Assembly: GCA_040006915.1 (NCBI GenBank)
Contig: JBDTWD010000001.1
Coordinates: 98,229-162,228 of the forward strand
From: Candidatus Woesebacteria bacterium
GTDB taxonomy: Bacteria > Patescibacteriota > Microgenomatia > UBA1400 > UBA12028
Reading direction: 5' to 3'
DNA: 64,000 nt
Position 1 is the stretch's first letter. Each line of letters begins with the position of its first letter. Made by a program: the position numbers and the translations under genes. The notes below the pieces were generated by a model. That model was not told where the DNA came from and searched no databases. It worked only from the letters and a program-made list of their open reading frames with translations. Below, in pieces: positions 1 through 9,101 of this stretch.

Positions 1-375
1 GTGGTTATTGATGTGGTAAAGCATGTGCATCAAGATCGCAATATCAAACTTGGCTACATACTCTGGCCAGATGTTATCCGAATAGATTCTATAATCCAGC
101 TCTTTGCATTCAAGACATGAGTTATGCTTTACAATATCTAGAGCAGCATAGTGGTTGTCTGGATATGCATCCATAAGCTGACGAATAAAAGAGCAGTTCC
201 CAGCGCCAACATCAATGATGCTCTTTTTTTTAGGTTCACCCAGCTGGTCGAGCAATAGATCTCTTATTGAAAATTTTCTATTTGAGTACCTTTTCAAAAA
301 CTGACCTCTCGAGATAATCTGATGATCATTTGTATACAGATCGACTAAAAATGATGGATCTTGGAAAGTACTCAT
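1..375 (-). CDS. class I SAM-dependent methyltransferase (runs off window edge)
   Basis: Manual translation from ATG at 375: MSTFQDPSFL...KKSIIDVGAGNCSF...FDIAILMHMLYHI (motif I DVGAG). Confidence 0.7.
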   Translation of the reverse strand, partial: MSTFQDPSFLVDLYTNDHQIISRGQFLKRYSNRKFSIRDLLLDQLGEPKKKSIIDVGAGNCSFIRQLMDAYPDNHYAALDIVKHNSCLECKELDYRIYSDNIWPEYVAKFDIAILMHMLYHINNH

Positions 376-378
376 TCG

Positions 379-2100
379 TTACTTTTCTATTAGTATTTTT
401 TCATTAAAGATGATTGCATCCATCGCCGATGAGTAAAAAGTCTGCAGTGCCTCAGTTGGGGTATTAGCAATGGGAAACCCGCGCAAGTTCATTGAGGTAT
501 TAATAAGCAAAGGAACACCAGTTTTGGTCTCAAAACTCTCTAATAAATTAGTTAGAAAATCATCACTTTCATTTATGATTTGAATCCTACAAGTCCCATC
601 TTCATGAACCAGAGAAGGTATTTTTTTTATCCAATCTTTTTTAACTTCGTAGACATAGGTCATATAGGGACCTTCTTTATATTTGCTGTTGTGTACGAGG
701 AAACAATCAATCTTCTTGGGCAACGCAAAACCACCATATGGTCTGAAATGCTCTCGAAATTTAACTTTGTCATTCAAGTGATCTCTCATTTTAATTGAGA
801 TAGGACTAGCCAAAATGCTGCGATTACAAAGAGCGCGTGGACCACATTCCATTCTTCCCCGAAAGAGACCTACGACCTTGTTCTCCGATAGTTTTTCAAC
901 ACAATACTTTACCGGACTATTGAGAATTTTGTATGCTATCTGGTTATTTTTTAGAATAGAAATAATACTTTCTGTTTCATAGTCAGGACCAAGAAAAGCA
1001 CTATCGGTCGTTTCTGGAAGCTTACCTAAAAGCTTATAATGCAAATTTACGGCGGCTCCAATGGAACATCCCGCGTCATGAGGAATCGGAGGGACAAAAA
1101 AATGATGATTAGTATATTTATTTGTAGCCAATCCATTCATTACACTGTTTTGTGCCACACCACCGGTGAGAACAATGTTTTTTGTATAACGAGACAGATA
1201 ATCGAGTTGATGAAACTCAATTGTTTCGAGTGAGGCTTGCAAAGCGTGGGCGATGTCAAAATGAATTTGTTTCAACTTATCTCTACTCTTGCGTGCAAAT
1301 CCAAAGGTTTGGTAAAATTTCTTGCTTAATCGCTTTCCTTTGGGTTGGAAACTACGCTTGCTTATTAAATTATTACATAATTTGAACTTTCCATTACCTT
1401 TGAGATCAAACCCTTTTCTAAAAAAACCTGTATACTTATTTGTTCCATAGCTTGCCAATGCCATGACCCGTCCTTCCCCTTCTCCTCTCTTAAAGCCCAA
1501 GAATTCGGTTACTGCACCATACAGATAGCCTAATGAATGGGGATCATGCTGAACGATTAAGTTGTGTTCAACAATTTCGCCCTCATCTAATTGAAATTTT
1601 GTAGCCAAAGTACTAATACTTTCTCCTACGCTGTCGTTTGAAAGTACAATACATTCTGAAAAGCCTGAAGCATAATACCCATACCAAATATGAGTAAGAT
1701 GATGATTCATAAAGTAGACTTTGGCGGTGCTATTGCCAAGATACCTATTCAGAAGATATGCATTCGTTACAAATCCAAGCAGCCAAACAATTTCAAAGTA
1801 GAATCTTCCACTCAAGAAAATGGAAGGGTCGATAAAAAGCATGAATGGATTGTTATTCAAAAAATAGGCTGCAATACATTCTTTAGGATTAAAGTAGAAA
1901 GCGACATCAGTCACATCTTGAATAGTACACTTTGATTTCTGCAAACAATAGTCAATGGACAGTGTGGGAAAAGCCCCTGTATGTTTGACACCGTTGAATC
2001 TTTCTTCTTCACAAAATGCAACCAGTTTATTATCCATAATAAGGCAGGCTGAAGAATCATGATTGAAAGCTACAATACCAAGAATTATGTTTTTTTTCAT
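379..2100 (-). CDS. carbamoyltransferase, NodU/CmcH/TobZ family
   Basis: HDSSACL, EEERF, HHLTH, GGVAQN, HDAGCSIG, GRMECGPRALCNRS, KFREHFRP, NTSMN motifs. Confidence 0.9.
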   Translation of the reverse strand: MKKNIILGIVAFNHDSSACLIMDNKLVAFCEEERFNGVKHTGAFPTLSIDYCLQKSKCTIQDVTDVAFYFNPKECIAAYFLNNNPFMLFIDPSIFLSGRFYFEIVWLLGFVTNAYLLNRYLGNSTAKVYFMNHHLTHIWYGYYASGFSECIVLSNDSVGESISTLATKFQLDEGEIVEHNLIVQHDPHSLGYLYGAVTEFLGFKRGEGEGRVMALASYGTNKYTGFFRKGFDLKGNGKFKLCNNLISKRSFQPKGKRLSKKFYQTFGFARKSRDKLKQIHFDIAHALQASLETIEFHQLDYLSRYTKNIVLTGGVAQNSVMNGLATNKYTNHHFFVPPIPHDAGCSIGAAVNLHYKLLGKLPETTDSAFLGPDYETESIISILKNNQIAYKILNSPVKYCVEKLSENKVVGLFRGRMECGPRALCNRSILASPISIKMRDHLNDKVKFREHFRPYGGFALPKKIDCFLVHNSKYKEGPYMTYVYEVKKDWIKKIPSLVHEDGTCRIQIINESDDFLTNLLESFETKTGVPLLINTSMNLRGFPIANTPTEALQTFYSSAMDAIIFNEKILIEK

Positions 2101-2765
2101 ATTTGCTTCTGACTAAAATCATTGTCAAAAATATTTTGAGCAATTTCCTCATAGTTATTATTATCAAGATTCACAATTTCCGTATTGATAGAGCCACTAA
2201 ATTGATGAGCAAAATTCACAATGTTTTCTTGCCATAAAATATAATCCGAGCAAACTGTTTTGATTCCACCACGAGCATTAATATAGTCAGCCCAACCTTT
2301 ATTCCTATGCTTCAGTGTCTGGGAAACATTCTTTTCAATATTTTGCGAACTAAGCGTAAAAATGTATTGTTTTATATTCATTTTATTCATGTGTTTAAAA
2401 TGTTTGGCAATTTTTTTCAAGCCATAGCCCTCTACAAGACTGGGTTGAGTTGCTAAATATGTAAGGATAAATCTTTCTATCGTAACAAAAGCTTCCGCCC
2501 CTCTTGGATCGAGAGCAAACTTGGAACGAATAAGCATTTTATGATATACGTCTAAACTTTTGATAAGAGTGGTTATGTGTTTTTGTACCATTAATCCACT
2601 TATTTCATGATTTTCGACAGCCTGCTCAAGCATCCTTTGAGTGTAATGCTCACTAATAAAAAGTTTGGAAGAAGAGAACTTATTCTCAAGAATTTTATTC
2701 TGTAAGATTTTTAATACAGATGTTTTGCCCGCTGAGGCAACTCCATCAATAATGATGCCTTGCAT
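2097..2765 (-). CDS. P-loop nucleotide-kinase-like protein
   Basis: N-terminal IIIDGVASAGKTS Walker A; ER motif; 4-nt overlap with the carbamoyltransferase start. Confidence 0.6.
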   Translation of the reverse strand: MQGIIIDGVASAGKTSVLKILQNKILENKFSSSKLFISEHYTQRMLEQAVENHEISGLMVQKHITTLIKSLDVYHKMLIRSKFALDPRGAEAFVTIERFILTYLATQPSLVEGYGLKKIAKHFKHMNKMNIKQYIFTLSSQNIEKNVSQTLKHRNKGWADYINARGGIKTVCSDYILWQENIVNFAHQFSGSINTEIVNLDNNNYEEIAQNIFDNDFSQKQI

Positions 2766-2907
2766 ATAAATATACTTTCAGAGTTGTTGAATATTATTCC
2801 TCATTATTAAATTGCCGTAATATTACCACATTTTCCCGAATACGATTCGTGTGATTTGACGTCTCTGGGTAGCCGCTTAATATGGTCCGTCACCTCAGGT
2901 TTTTTAA

Positions 2908-3084
2908 AATAAATCCGACAAATCTGACCCAAACATTCACTGGAATCAAATTATTAGTATGAGAAATAAGTTAGCACATGAATATTGGGATATTGATAAA
3001 GAGATCGTTTGGATTGCTGCTACAACAGCGGCACCAGCTCTAAAAGAACAACTCTTAGATTTGCAAAGTAGAATTGGACAGTAA
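2908..3084 (+). pseudogene. 5'-truncated HepT/DUF86 (HEPN RNase) toxin remnant
   Basis: Frame reads PNIHWNQIISMRNKLAHEYWDIDKEIVW...IGQ* (Rx4H motif); in-frame stop at 2905, N-terminal half absent; ends 1 nt before a repeat. Confidence 0.7.
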
Positions 3085-3085
3085 A

Positions 3086-3116
3086 TAGGTTCGCACATCC
3101 TCCCGTATTGCGTGCA
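3086..3116 (+). repeat. cassette-boundary repeat R1 (degenerate)
   Basis: TAGGTTCGCACATCCTCCCGTATTGCGTGCA. Confidence 0.7.
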
Positions 3117-3127
3117 TACTAAGAGAA

Positions 3128-3598
3128 ATGAAAGGCTTGCCCAAACTTATTATTTCCGTCGTTGGCTGTGAGACTATCGGGTTCTTAGGAACACCGTTTA
3201 CCATCTCTGCCATTCCCACTTGGTACGTGACACTGAACAAACCATTCTTTGCTCCACCGAGTTGGATTTTTGGACCGGTCTGGACGATTTTGTACTTATT
3301 CATGGGAGTATCGTTGTACCTGATTTGGAAACAAGGCTATCAAAAAAAAAGAGTGAAGATTGCTTGTCTGTTTTTTCTGGCACAACTTGGTCTAAACTTT
3401 ATCTGGTCTCCAATTTTCTTTGGGCTACGAGCGCCACTGTTGGGATTAGTGGTGATTGTGGCAATGTGGGTGTTTATTGTGATGACGATGAGAAAGTTCT
3501 ATCCACTCTCAAAACCGGCATTCTATCTACTCGTACCGTATCTGCTGTGGGTGAGCTTCGCAACTCTGCTGAATGCGGCTATAGTTCTCTTAAATTAA
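3128..3598 (+). CDS. tspO: TspO/MBR family tryptophan-rich sensory protein
   Basis: WYVTLNKPFFAPPSWIFGPVWTILY, LNFIWSPIFFG, PYLLWVSFATLLN. Confidence 0.9.
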   Translation: MKGLPKLIISVVGCETIGFLGTPFTISAIPTWYVTLNKPFFAPPSWIFGPVWTILYLFMGVSLYLIWKQGYQKKRVKIACLFFLAQLGLNFIWSPIFFGLRAPLLGLVVIVAMWVFIVMTMRKFYPLSKPAFYLLVPYLLWVSFATLLNAAIVLLN

Positions 3599-3613
3599 TG
3601 AAAGGAAACATCT

Positions 3614-3997
3614 ATGACTGGATTTGTACAAAATATTGAAAAAATAACGCTAGCAAATGAGTATTTTCGGCAAGTTCTCTACACAGGTCAACACGCACAA
3701 CTGGTAGTGATGTCACTGAAACCACAAGAAGATATTGGAGTAGAGGTGCACGAAATTGTTGATCAATTCCTACGCGTTGAAGTGGGTGAAGGCAAAGTCA
3801 TTATGAATGGTGAAGAACATATTGTTACCGATGGTGACGCCTTTGTGGTTCCAGCCGGAACGCAACACAACGTCATCAATACGTCTTCGGAAAAACCTCT
3901 CAAACTCTACACAGTGTATTCTCCACCGCACCACAAGGATGGCACTGTACACAAAACCAAACAGGAAGCTGAAAGCGACAAAGAGAATCACTTATAA
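3614..3997 (+). CDS. cupin domain protein
   Basis: QLVVMSL..DIGVEVH..DQFLRVE..G..VPAGTQHNVIN..LYTVYSPPHH. Confidence 0.9.
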   Translation: MTGFVQNIEKITLANEYFRQVLYTGQHAQLVVMSLKPQEDIGVEVHEIVDQFLRVEVGEGKVIMNGEEHIVTDGDAFVVPAGTQHNVINTSSEKPLKLYTVYSPPHHKDGTVHKTKQEAESDKENHL

Positions 3998-4271
3998 ATC
4001 TGGTGTTTTTTGAATCAAGCAATTGCGAAATGATGTTGGCAAGTTCTCTGCATCGGTGAGCACATGCAAAAGTGGAATGAGATCAAGGAGCTACAAAAAA
4101 CTCTAACGTAAGTGATAGTTTAGCTGATGACTGTATGATTATTTGAAATGAAGTGTTCGTAAAATAAATGCGATAAATCTCTTTAATATTGAAGCTTCTG
4201 GAGATCGAGCCAAAACATATAGACTTGGGGATGATTCCGGTGGATTCGTTACTTCCGCAAATGTTTTGTTT

Positions 4272-4375
4272 CGTGGAGGAGTTTATCTGTGACCACGAGC
4301 TTCAGATTTCTTTTTATCGAAGATGCCGAATACTATTTTTTTGACATGGGTGAACACGACGAAATATATAAATAG
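4272..4375 (+). pseudogene. 5'-truncated RelE/StbE-like mRNA interferase remnant
   Basis: SWRSLSVTTSFRFLFIEDAEYYFFDMGEHDEIYK*; resembles the DIGTHDEVY C-terminus; TAG stop is the first 3 nt of repeat R2; no start codon. Confidence 0.6.
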
Positions 4376-4407
4376 GTTCTGACATCCTCCAGCTCAAGTT
4401 TTGCAAA
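4373..4407 (+). repeat. cassette-boundary repeat R2
   Basis: TAGGTTCTGACATCCTCCAGCTCAAGTTTTGCAAA. Confidence 0.85.
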
Positions 4408-5175
4408 TTAATCATCGAATGAAAGCAGATCGTCAATAGACAGAGAGTTTGGATCTTTCCCAAGTTTATTTACAATGTTGGCCCTAAGTATTTCACCTTC
4501 TTTCTCCATTTGAACGGTACCTTCTTCCAGTTCTTCTTGTGCCTGTCGATCTTCTACAGCCATCTCTTCCTCTGTAGGATTTGTGTTTTGTATACGCGTA
4601 AAGATAAATAAGCTGTCCCCTGAGATCTCACTTTTAAACTGTGTATTTGACTTGTCATCTGACAAAAAAGCGGCGGAAATAGCTGGGGCATTCTCAAAAA
4701 AGAGGTGTATGTCAGCGTTCATTTTTTCGTTTGAATTGCCTGTCACAATACCCACGCATTCAAAATCAGGATTAGAAGCAATATTTCTGGCATTCCATTG
4801 ATAATTATTTGCGAGTACGTATCCGCCAACTTTAAGTTGGAGTACGGCTCGTTGTTCATTGAAGGCAGCATTGCTCAAGACGACAATATCAAGTGGAGCG
4901 TCAGGTCTAAAAGCATCCACTGAAGCCACGTGAGTCTCAAACCCCTTTTGCTCCAGAGGAAGCAGGCCGTTCGGGTCAGTATCTACGTGTATAACTCGAG
5001 CGTTTGAAAAGAAATGCGCTACACTGACATCATTTGAACTGCCTGGATAGTAGATGACATCTGTTGATGGCTTGAAGTGGTTTATAAATTCCTGTAAAAA
5101 AGGCGCTGACAAATTGGTCGGATAAAACTCCTGCTCATTCGGTTCTGGCTGAACATCATATGATTTTTCACTCAT
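4408..5175 (-). CDS. SAM-methyltransferase-like protein
   Basis: VIYYPGSSNDVS..VIHVD..LKVGGYVL; TATAAT just upstream of ATG 5175; stop abuts R2. Confidence 0.55.
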   Translation of the reverse strand: MSEKSYDVQPEPNEQEFYPTNLSAPFLQEFINHFKPSTDVIYYPGSSNDVSVAHFFSNARVIHVDTDPNGLLPLEQKGFETHVASVDAFRPDAPLDIVVLSNAAFNEQRAVLQLKVGGYVLANNYQWNARNIASNPDFECVGIVTGNSNEKMNADIHLFFENAPAISAAFLSDDKSNTQFKSEISGDSLFIFTRIQNTNPTEEEMAVEDRQAQEELEEGTVQMEKEGEILRANIVNKLGKDPNSLSIDDLLSFDD

Positions 5176-5252
5176 GAATCTATTATACAATAAAAAAGAA
5201 TCTACCCTAGAGTATTGGTCTTCTGAAAATACTCCTCCTACGCCCTACAACG

Positions 5253-5287
5253 TAGGTTCGGACATCCTCCAACTCAAGCCCCGCAAA
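5253..5287 (+). repeat. cassette-boundary repeat R3
   Basis: TAGGTTCGGACATCCTCCAACTCAAGCCCCGCAAA. Confidence 0.85.
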
Positions 5288-5332
5288 ACCTTTTTCCTCG
5301 AGTGAAATCCTCTTTTCTTTAAAATCCTACGC

Positions 5333-5361
5333 TTGACACTGTGTAAGTGAGTATATACAAT
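5333..5361 (+). promoter_or_regulatory. sigma70 promoter of brnTA (leaderless) with small palindrome
   Basis: TTGACA-17 bp-TACAAT, ATG 6 nt downstream; ACAC-T-GTGT palindrome overlapping the -35. Confidence 0.65.
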
Positions 5362-5367
5362 TAATCT

Positions 5368-5658
5368 ATGATTAGCTTAAAGGAACCTGTTGAATTCGAA
5401 TGGGATGAGGCAAATCAGGATAAAAACTGGAAAAAACATAAAGTTTCTATCTCAGAAGCGGAAGAAGTCTTTTTAGATAAGAGAAAAAAGATCTCAAAAG
5501 ATTTTTTCCATTCAGAGACTGAGGATCGATATATTCTAATTGGGATGACAAAAAGTGAAAGAGCGTTATTAGTCATATTTACTAGACGGAAAGATAAAGT
5601 GAGGGTTATCTCAGCGAGAGATTTGAATAAAAGGGAGCAGTTCTTATTACATATATAG
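5368..5658 (+). CDS. brnT: BrnT family toxin
   Basis: FEWDEANQDKNWKKHKVS..EAEEVF..EDRYILIG..RVISAR. Confidence 0.9.
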   Translation: MISLKEPVEFEWDEANQDKNWKKHKVSISEAEEVFLDKRKKISKDFFHSETEDRYILIGMTKSERALLVIFTRRKDKVRVISARDLNKREQFLLHI

Positions 5659-5666
5659 GGAGTTTT

Positions 5667-5930
5667 ATGAAGAAAAAACTTGTGTTGCCCCATTTTAAAA
5701 ATGAAGATGATGAGAGAGACTTCTGGGCGAAAATAAACTTGGCTGATTATTTTGATCCTAGCGATTTTCAACCAGTGTCTTTTCCAAATCTAAAGCCAAC
5801 CTCAAAATCAGTTTCAATCCGAATTCCTGAATTTCTCTTGAATAGGATAAAAGAGGAGGCAAATCAGATAAACGTCCCTTATCAATCTCTTATTAAAAGC
5901 TCACTACAAGACAGATTTTTAAGTAAATAG
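5667..5930 (+). CDS. brnA: BrnA/CopG-like antitoxin
   Basis: PHFKNEDDERDFW..SVSIRIP..VPYQSLIK; directly downstream of brnT; TAG stop is the start of R4. Confidence 0.85.
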   Translation: MKKKLVLPHFKNEDDERDFWAKINLADYFDPSDFQPVSFPNLKPTSKSVSIRIPEFLLNRIKEEANQINVPYQSLIKSSLQDRFLSK

Positions 5931-5962
5931 GTTCGAACATCCTCCAACTCAAGCCTTGCAAA
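5928..5962 (+). repeat. cassette-boundary repeat R4
   Basis: TAGGTTCGAACATCCTCCAACTCAAGCCTTGCAAA. Confidence 0.85.
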
Positions 5963-6005
5963 CGGGGTCTTTTCATGTAGATACCTCTGATATACTCCGA
6001 TATAT

Positions 6006-6614
6006 ATGAAATCAATGAATCAAAAAGTAAAAGAAGGTTACAACCGAGCGGCTAACGCTTATTCAAATAAGTTTCGTGATCAATTCAAAAGTAACCGTCA
6101 CCTAGACATGCTGATTCAGAAGTTGGAAAAGGGTTCAACCATTGTAGATATTGGATGCGGGAGCGGCGCACCCATCGATGCATATTTAGTACGACATGGA
6201 TTTGCAGTGACAGGTATCGACATTTCAGAAGAGCAAATCAAGCTTGCAAAGGAAAATGTTCCTGAGGCAACCTATGAAGTAATGGATATGTCTGATCTTA
6301 AAAAAGAGCAATTTCAGGTCGATGCCGTGGTGTCATTCTATGCATTGTTTCATATTCCACGTGAACAGCATTTGCATGTAGTGCAACTCATGAGGTCTTT
6401 CCTGAGACCGAACGGGTTACTACTCATTACTATGGGAGCGAGTGAGTGGGAGGGAAAAGATGATGACTTTTGTGGTACTGAAATGTATTGGAGTCATTTT
6501 GGTGTTGAGCAGAATAAAGAGCTTATTACTACAGCAGGATTTTCAATCTTATTTGATGAGATTGATACGACAGGAGATGAAAAACATCTCATTGTTCTTG
6601 CGAGGGCGGTATAG
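6006..6614 (+). CDS. class I SAM-dependent methyltransferase
   Basis: IVDIGCGSGAP, VTGIDISEEQI, YALFHIP, LRPNGLL. Confidence 0.9.
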   Translation: MKSMNQKVKEGYNRAANAYSNKFRDQFKSNRHLDMLIQKLEKGSTIVDIGCGSGAPIDAYLVRHGFAVTGIDISEEQIKLAKENVPEATYEVMDMSDLKKEQFQVDAVVSFYALFHIPREQHLHVVQLMRSFLRPNGLLLITMGASEWEGKDDDFCGTEMYWSHFGVEQNKELITTAGFSILFDEIDTTGDEKHLIVLARAV

Positions 6615-6704
6615 TCTTGTCCAAAAAGATGGGCATTTGCATTTTCCACTCATCCCTGCATCCATGAGATATGAAAGTGTTTTCCGTTCGGTGAGTCATG
6701 AATC

Positions 6705-6940
6705 CTACAAATGAGTGAGATGTTCTTTTATGAGTGCTCCTGCAGTAGGAGAGACAGCAAGTTTGTATTTCGTATCAACCTCATCAAAGGGAACAAAGCC
6801 TACCCATTCCGTACGTGGATCTGTTGGTGTCCCTCTATCACTAGTCATCTCTGCTTGATAATACATTTGTAAGGATTGATGAAAGCCTGTCTTTGGGTGA
6901 TAGAACCAATCCACGACAGAAAACAGCAATTGTCCGTATT
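6705..6940 (-). pseudogene. probable C-terminal fragment of a NUDIX-like protein
   Basis: LFSVVDWFYHP..SLQMYYQAE..EWVGFVP; no ATG start, 5' end cut off by the neighbouring gene. Confidence 0.4.
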
Positions 6941-6941
6941 T

Positions 6942-7259
6942 TTATTTTCGAACTCTGCTTACTTCAAGTAGATTGAATATCGTCCACATCAACCAATTCC
7001 CACAATCAATTTGAGCCCTGCTCTCACCCAAACTTTTTCTTTCTCTTATTTTATCTTCGACAAGTTCCACTCCTCTTTTATATGCATCGTCTTCTGTATC
7101 CCCATCCTTGAGAGCACTCCTCCCTAAAACTTCAAATGCTAAATCAAGAAAAGCAGGGTCTGCATCATAAGGGGCACCATCAATTCCTCTTCCACCTGCC
7201 CAATATGAAGCTTCCTCAACCTGTTTTGCTGTTTGAATAAGTTCCTCTCGTCTAATCAT
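6942..7259 (-). CDS. hypothetical protein
   Basis: 105-aa ORF with TATAAT shortly upstream. Confidence 0.6.
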   Translation of the reverse strand: MIRREELIQTAKQVEEASYWAGGRGIDGAPYDADPAFLDLAFEVLGRSALKDGDTEDDAYKRGVELVEDKIRERKSLGESRAQIDCGNWLMWTIFNLLEVSRVRK

Positions 7260-7347
7260 TATGCGATTATATCAAAATAGATCAGAGGGACGGAAGGAAT
7301 AAGTTCAAAATAGGACCTATTTTTGAATAACGTATCAATTTAATTCT

Positions 7348-7395
7348 TAGGTTCGAGCCTACTTTGCAGGGCTTAGTAGAGGACGTCAGAACCTA
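7348..7395 (-). repeat. repeat R5 (7363-7395) joined to an opposing half-site TAGGTTCGAGCCTA (7348-7361)
   Basis: + strand TAGGTTCGAGCCTACTTTGCAGGGCTTAGTAGAGGACGTCAGAACCTA. Confidence 0.85.
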
Positions 7396-7662
7396 CATGT
7401 TATGCAGTGCATAATTCTGAAGGAGTGTTCCATACATGAGAAAAGTCTCCGCTTCATCTAGTCCTACTTGTGAAGTCTTACTCACTTCTTTTGCAATGTC
7501 TTTTATATACTGTTTTTCAGCAACTAGTTCTAGTCGAGAAGACCATCGCTTTGCCTCAATTAAAAACTTATTAGCTGCGGTATGTGATCCTCGCTGCTTT
7601 AAACTTGCAATACGATATAAGTCATTTGATAGTGAACCAACAAGCATCTGGACATCGGTCAT
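7393..7662 (-). CDS. hypothetical protein
   Basis: 89 aa, coupled to the upstream DUF5674-like gene; TAG stop inside R5. Confidence 0.7.
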   Translation of the reverse strand: MTDVQMLVGSLSNDLYRIASLKQRGSHTAANKFLIEAKRWSSRLELVAEKQYIKDIAKEVSKTSQVGLDEAETFLMYGTLLQNYALHNM

Positions 7663-7997
7663 AGAATCTCGCTAAAGAAAAATTCAGTTAATTTTTTATA
7701 TTCCTCACGCAATTTTTCGCTCTGAATTTCATTTTTCGTATTGTTATCTCTAGGTCGGATATTAATAAATGAGTTAAAATCTATCTCCTTTGTTTCAAGA
7801 TCTATGCCTCCACCCCAAATCATATGCTGATCTGACCCTTGTTCTAGAAGAATTTGTTCGCCCTCAAAATGTCTATTCATTCCAGAACTACACACTTTAT
7901 TTTCAACATCGATAACAGTTTTTATATACACTTCAAACTGCTCTTTTAACTGCTCAATCTCTTCAGGAGTAAATGGACTGGTCTTTGTGATTATCAT
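7659..7997 (-). CDS. DUF5674-like protein
   Basis: YIKTVID..H.EGEQILLEQGS....IWGGG....I.F.SFINIRP..NN. Confidence 0.7.
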   Translation of the reverse strand: MIITKTSPFTPEEIEQLKEQFEVYIKTVIDVENKVCSSGMNRHFEGEQILLEQGSDQHMIWGGGIDLETKEIDFNSFINIRPRDNNTKNEIQSEKLREEYKKLTEFFFSEIL

Positions 7998-8040
7998 TAC
8001 CAGGATGATAGCAAAAGAACTATAAAGAAGGAATGTGTGT

Positions 8041-8063
8041 TTAGTAGAGGACGTCAGAACCTA
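8041..8063 (-). repeat. cassette-boundary repeat R6 (short)
   Basis: + strand TTAGTAGAGGACGTCAGAACCTA. Confidence 0.85.
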
Positions 8064-8099
8064 TTTCAACAATTTCCAATGCCTAACTCTTGTTTAAAA

Positions 8100-8942
8100 T
8101 TATCTATTTTTTGAGATTGAAATTGTGGCAGTTGCATAAAAAATTGCATCTTTCGAGTTATATTGAGGAATGGAAAATAATTTATCATCGTAAAACTTTA
8201 TTTTCATTTTTGTTGGCTGGTTCATAGGCTGATGTCTTCCTTTAACTAAATAATAAACCCATTCATCGTCTGCCCAATATGTTGTTACTAGAACCAACTT
8301 TCCCAGTTGTAGTGCAATTTTATAAGAGTTATCCCCTCCTTTTTTAAGTTCACTCTCTGTTATAGTGTTATCAATCCCCATCCATAGAGAATTGTTCTCA
8401 AGATGACTATATCGTTTACTAGGTTCGTGCATTGTGGCCGTAACTAACACATGCTCAGGAATCTTACCTTCATAGAGTAGATTGTAGTGTTCAGGAGGAA
8501 CCACTTTAAAGTAGTTAGTGGCACTATTTAAAACGATTGATGTCTTGAACGTCCACTTTGTAATTAAATCTTTCTCAGATTGAGAAAGATTAATTATTTC
8601 CCTGCTACCCCTAATTAATGGCTTAAGTATATCTAAAGTAGTATCTTCAAGTAATTTCATCCACCCACCATTACAATATCCACATACACCACCTGCTAGA
8701 AAACTGTTCATGAATTGAAAATCTCTTTCTTCAGTGTTTTTATCTTCAAGTGGGCTATAGACGGTCAAACTTATTCGCAAGTTTTCAATGCCGAGATATG
8801 TAATTAACCAATGAGGGATCACATGTTCTTTTTTTCTATTAGACTTACCTAGTTTGCAATTACAAAATAGACATGTAGACCTATCTTCTCTTTCTTTTGG
8901 CTTTGTACTGGAGTGGAGATACTTTTCATCTACGAGTGGCAT
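8100..8942 (-). CDS. HNH-like zinc-binding endonuclease
   Basis: CLFC...KEHVIPHWL...VCGYCNGGWM. Confidence 0.65.
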   Translation of the reverse strand: MPLVDEKYLHSSTKPKEREDRSTCLFCNCKLGKSNRKKEHVIPHWLITYLGIENLRISLTVYSPLEDKNTEERDFQFMNSFLAGGVCGYCNGGWMKLLEDTTLDILKPLIRGSREIINLSQSEKDLITKWTFKTSIVLNSATNYFKVVPPEHYNLLYEGKIPEHVLVTATMHEPSKRYSHLENNSLWMGIDNTITESELKKGGDNSYKIALQLGKLVLVTTYWADDEWVYYLVKGRHQPMNQPTKMKIKFYDDKLFSIPQYNSKDAIFYATATISISKNR

Positions 8943-9056
8943 AATTTATTATTATAGAATTGTTGAACCTTGTTTTGAATACTTCGAAGAATATAGATGT
9001 AATACATGGAGAAATTGTGGTTCACTACAATTATGAACGAAAGTGAACTAATTGTA

Positions 9057-9086
9057 GCAGGGCTTAGTGGAGGACGTCAGAACCTA
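9057..9086 (-). repeat. cassette-boundary repeat R7
   Basis: + strand GCAGGGCTTAGTGGAGGACGTCAGAACCTA. Confidence 0.9.
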
Positions 9087-9101
9087 TCTAACCGCTAAAT
9101 A

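Noticed and set aside
3055-3303. 82-aa minus-strand ORF ending EDVRTY
   Set aside because: Mostly antisense to tspO; only the repeat-derived peptide is informative.
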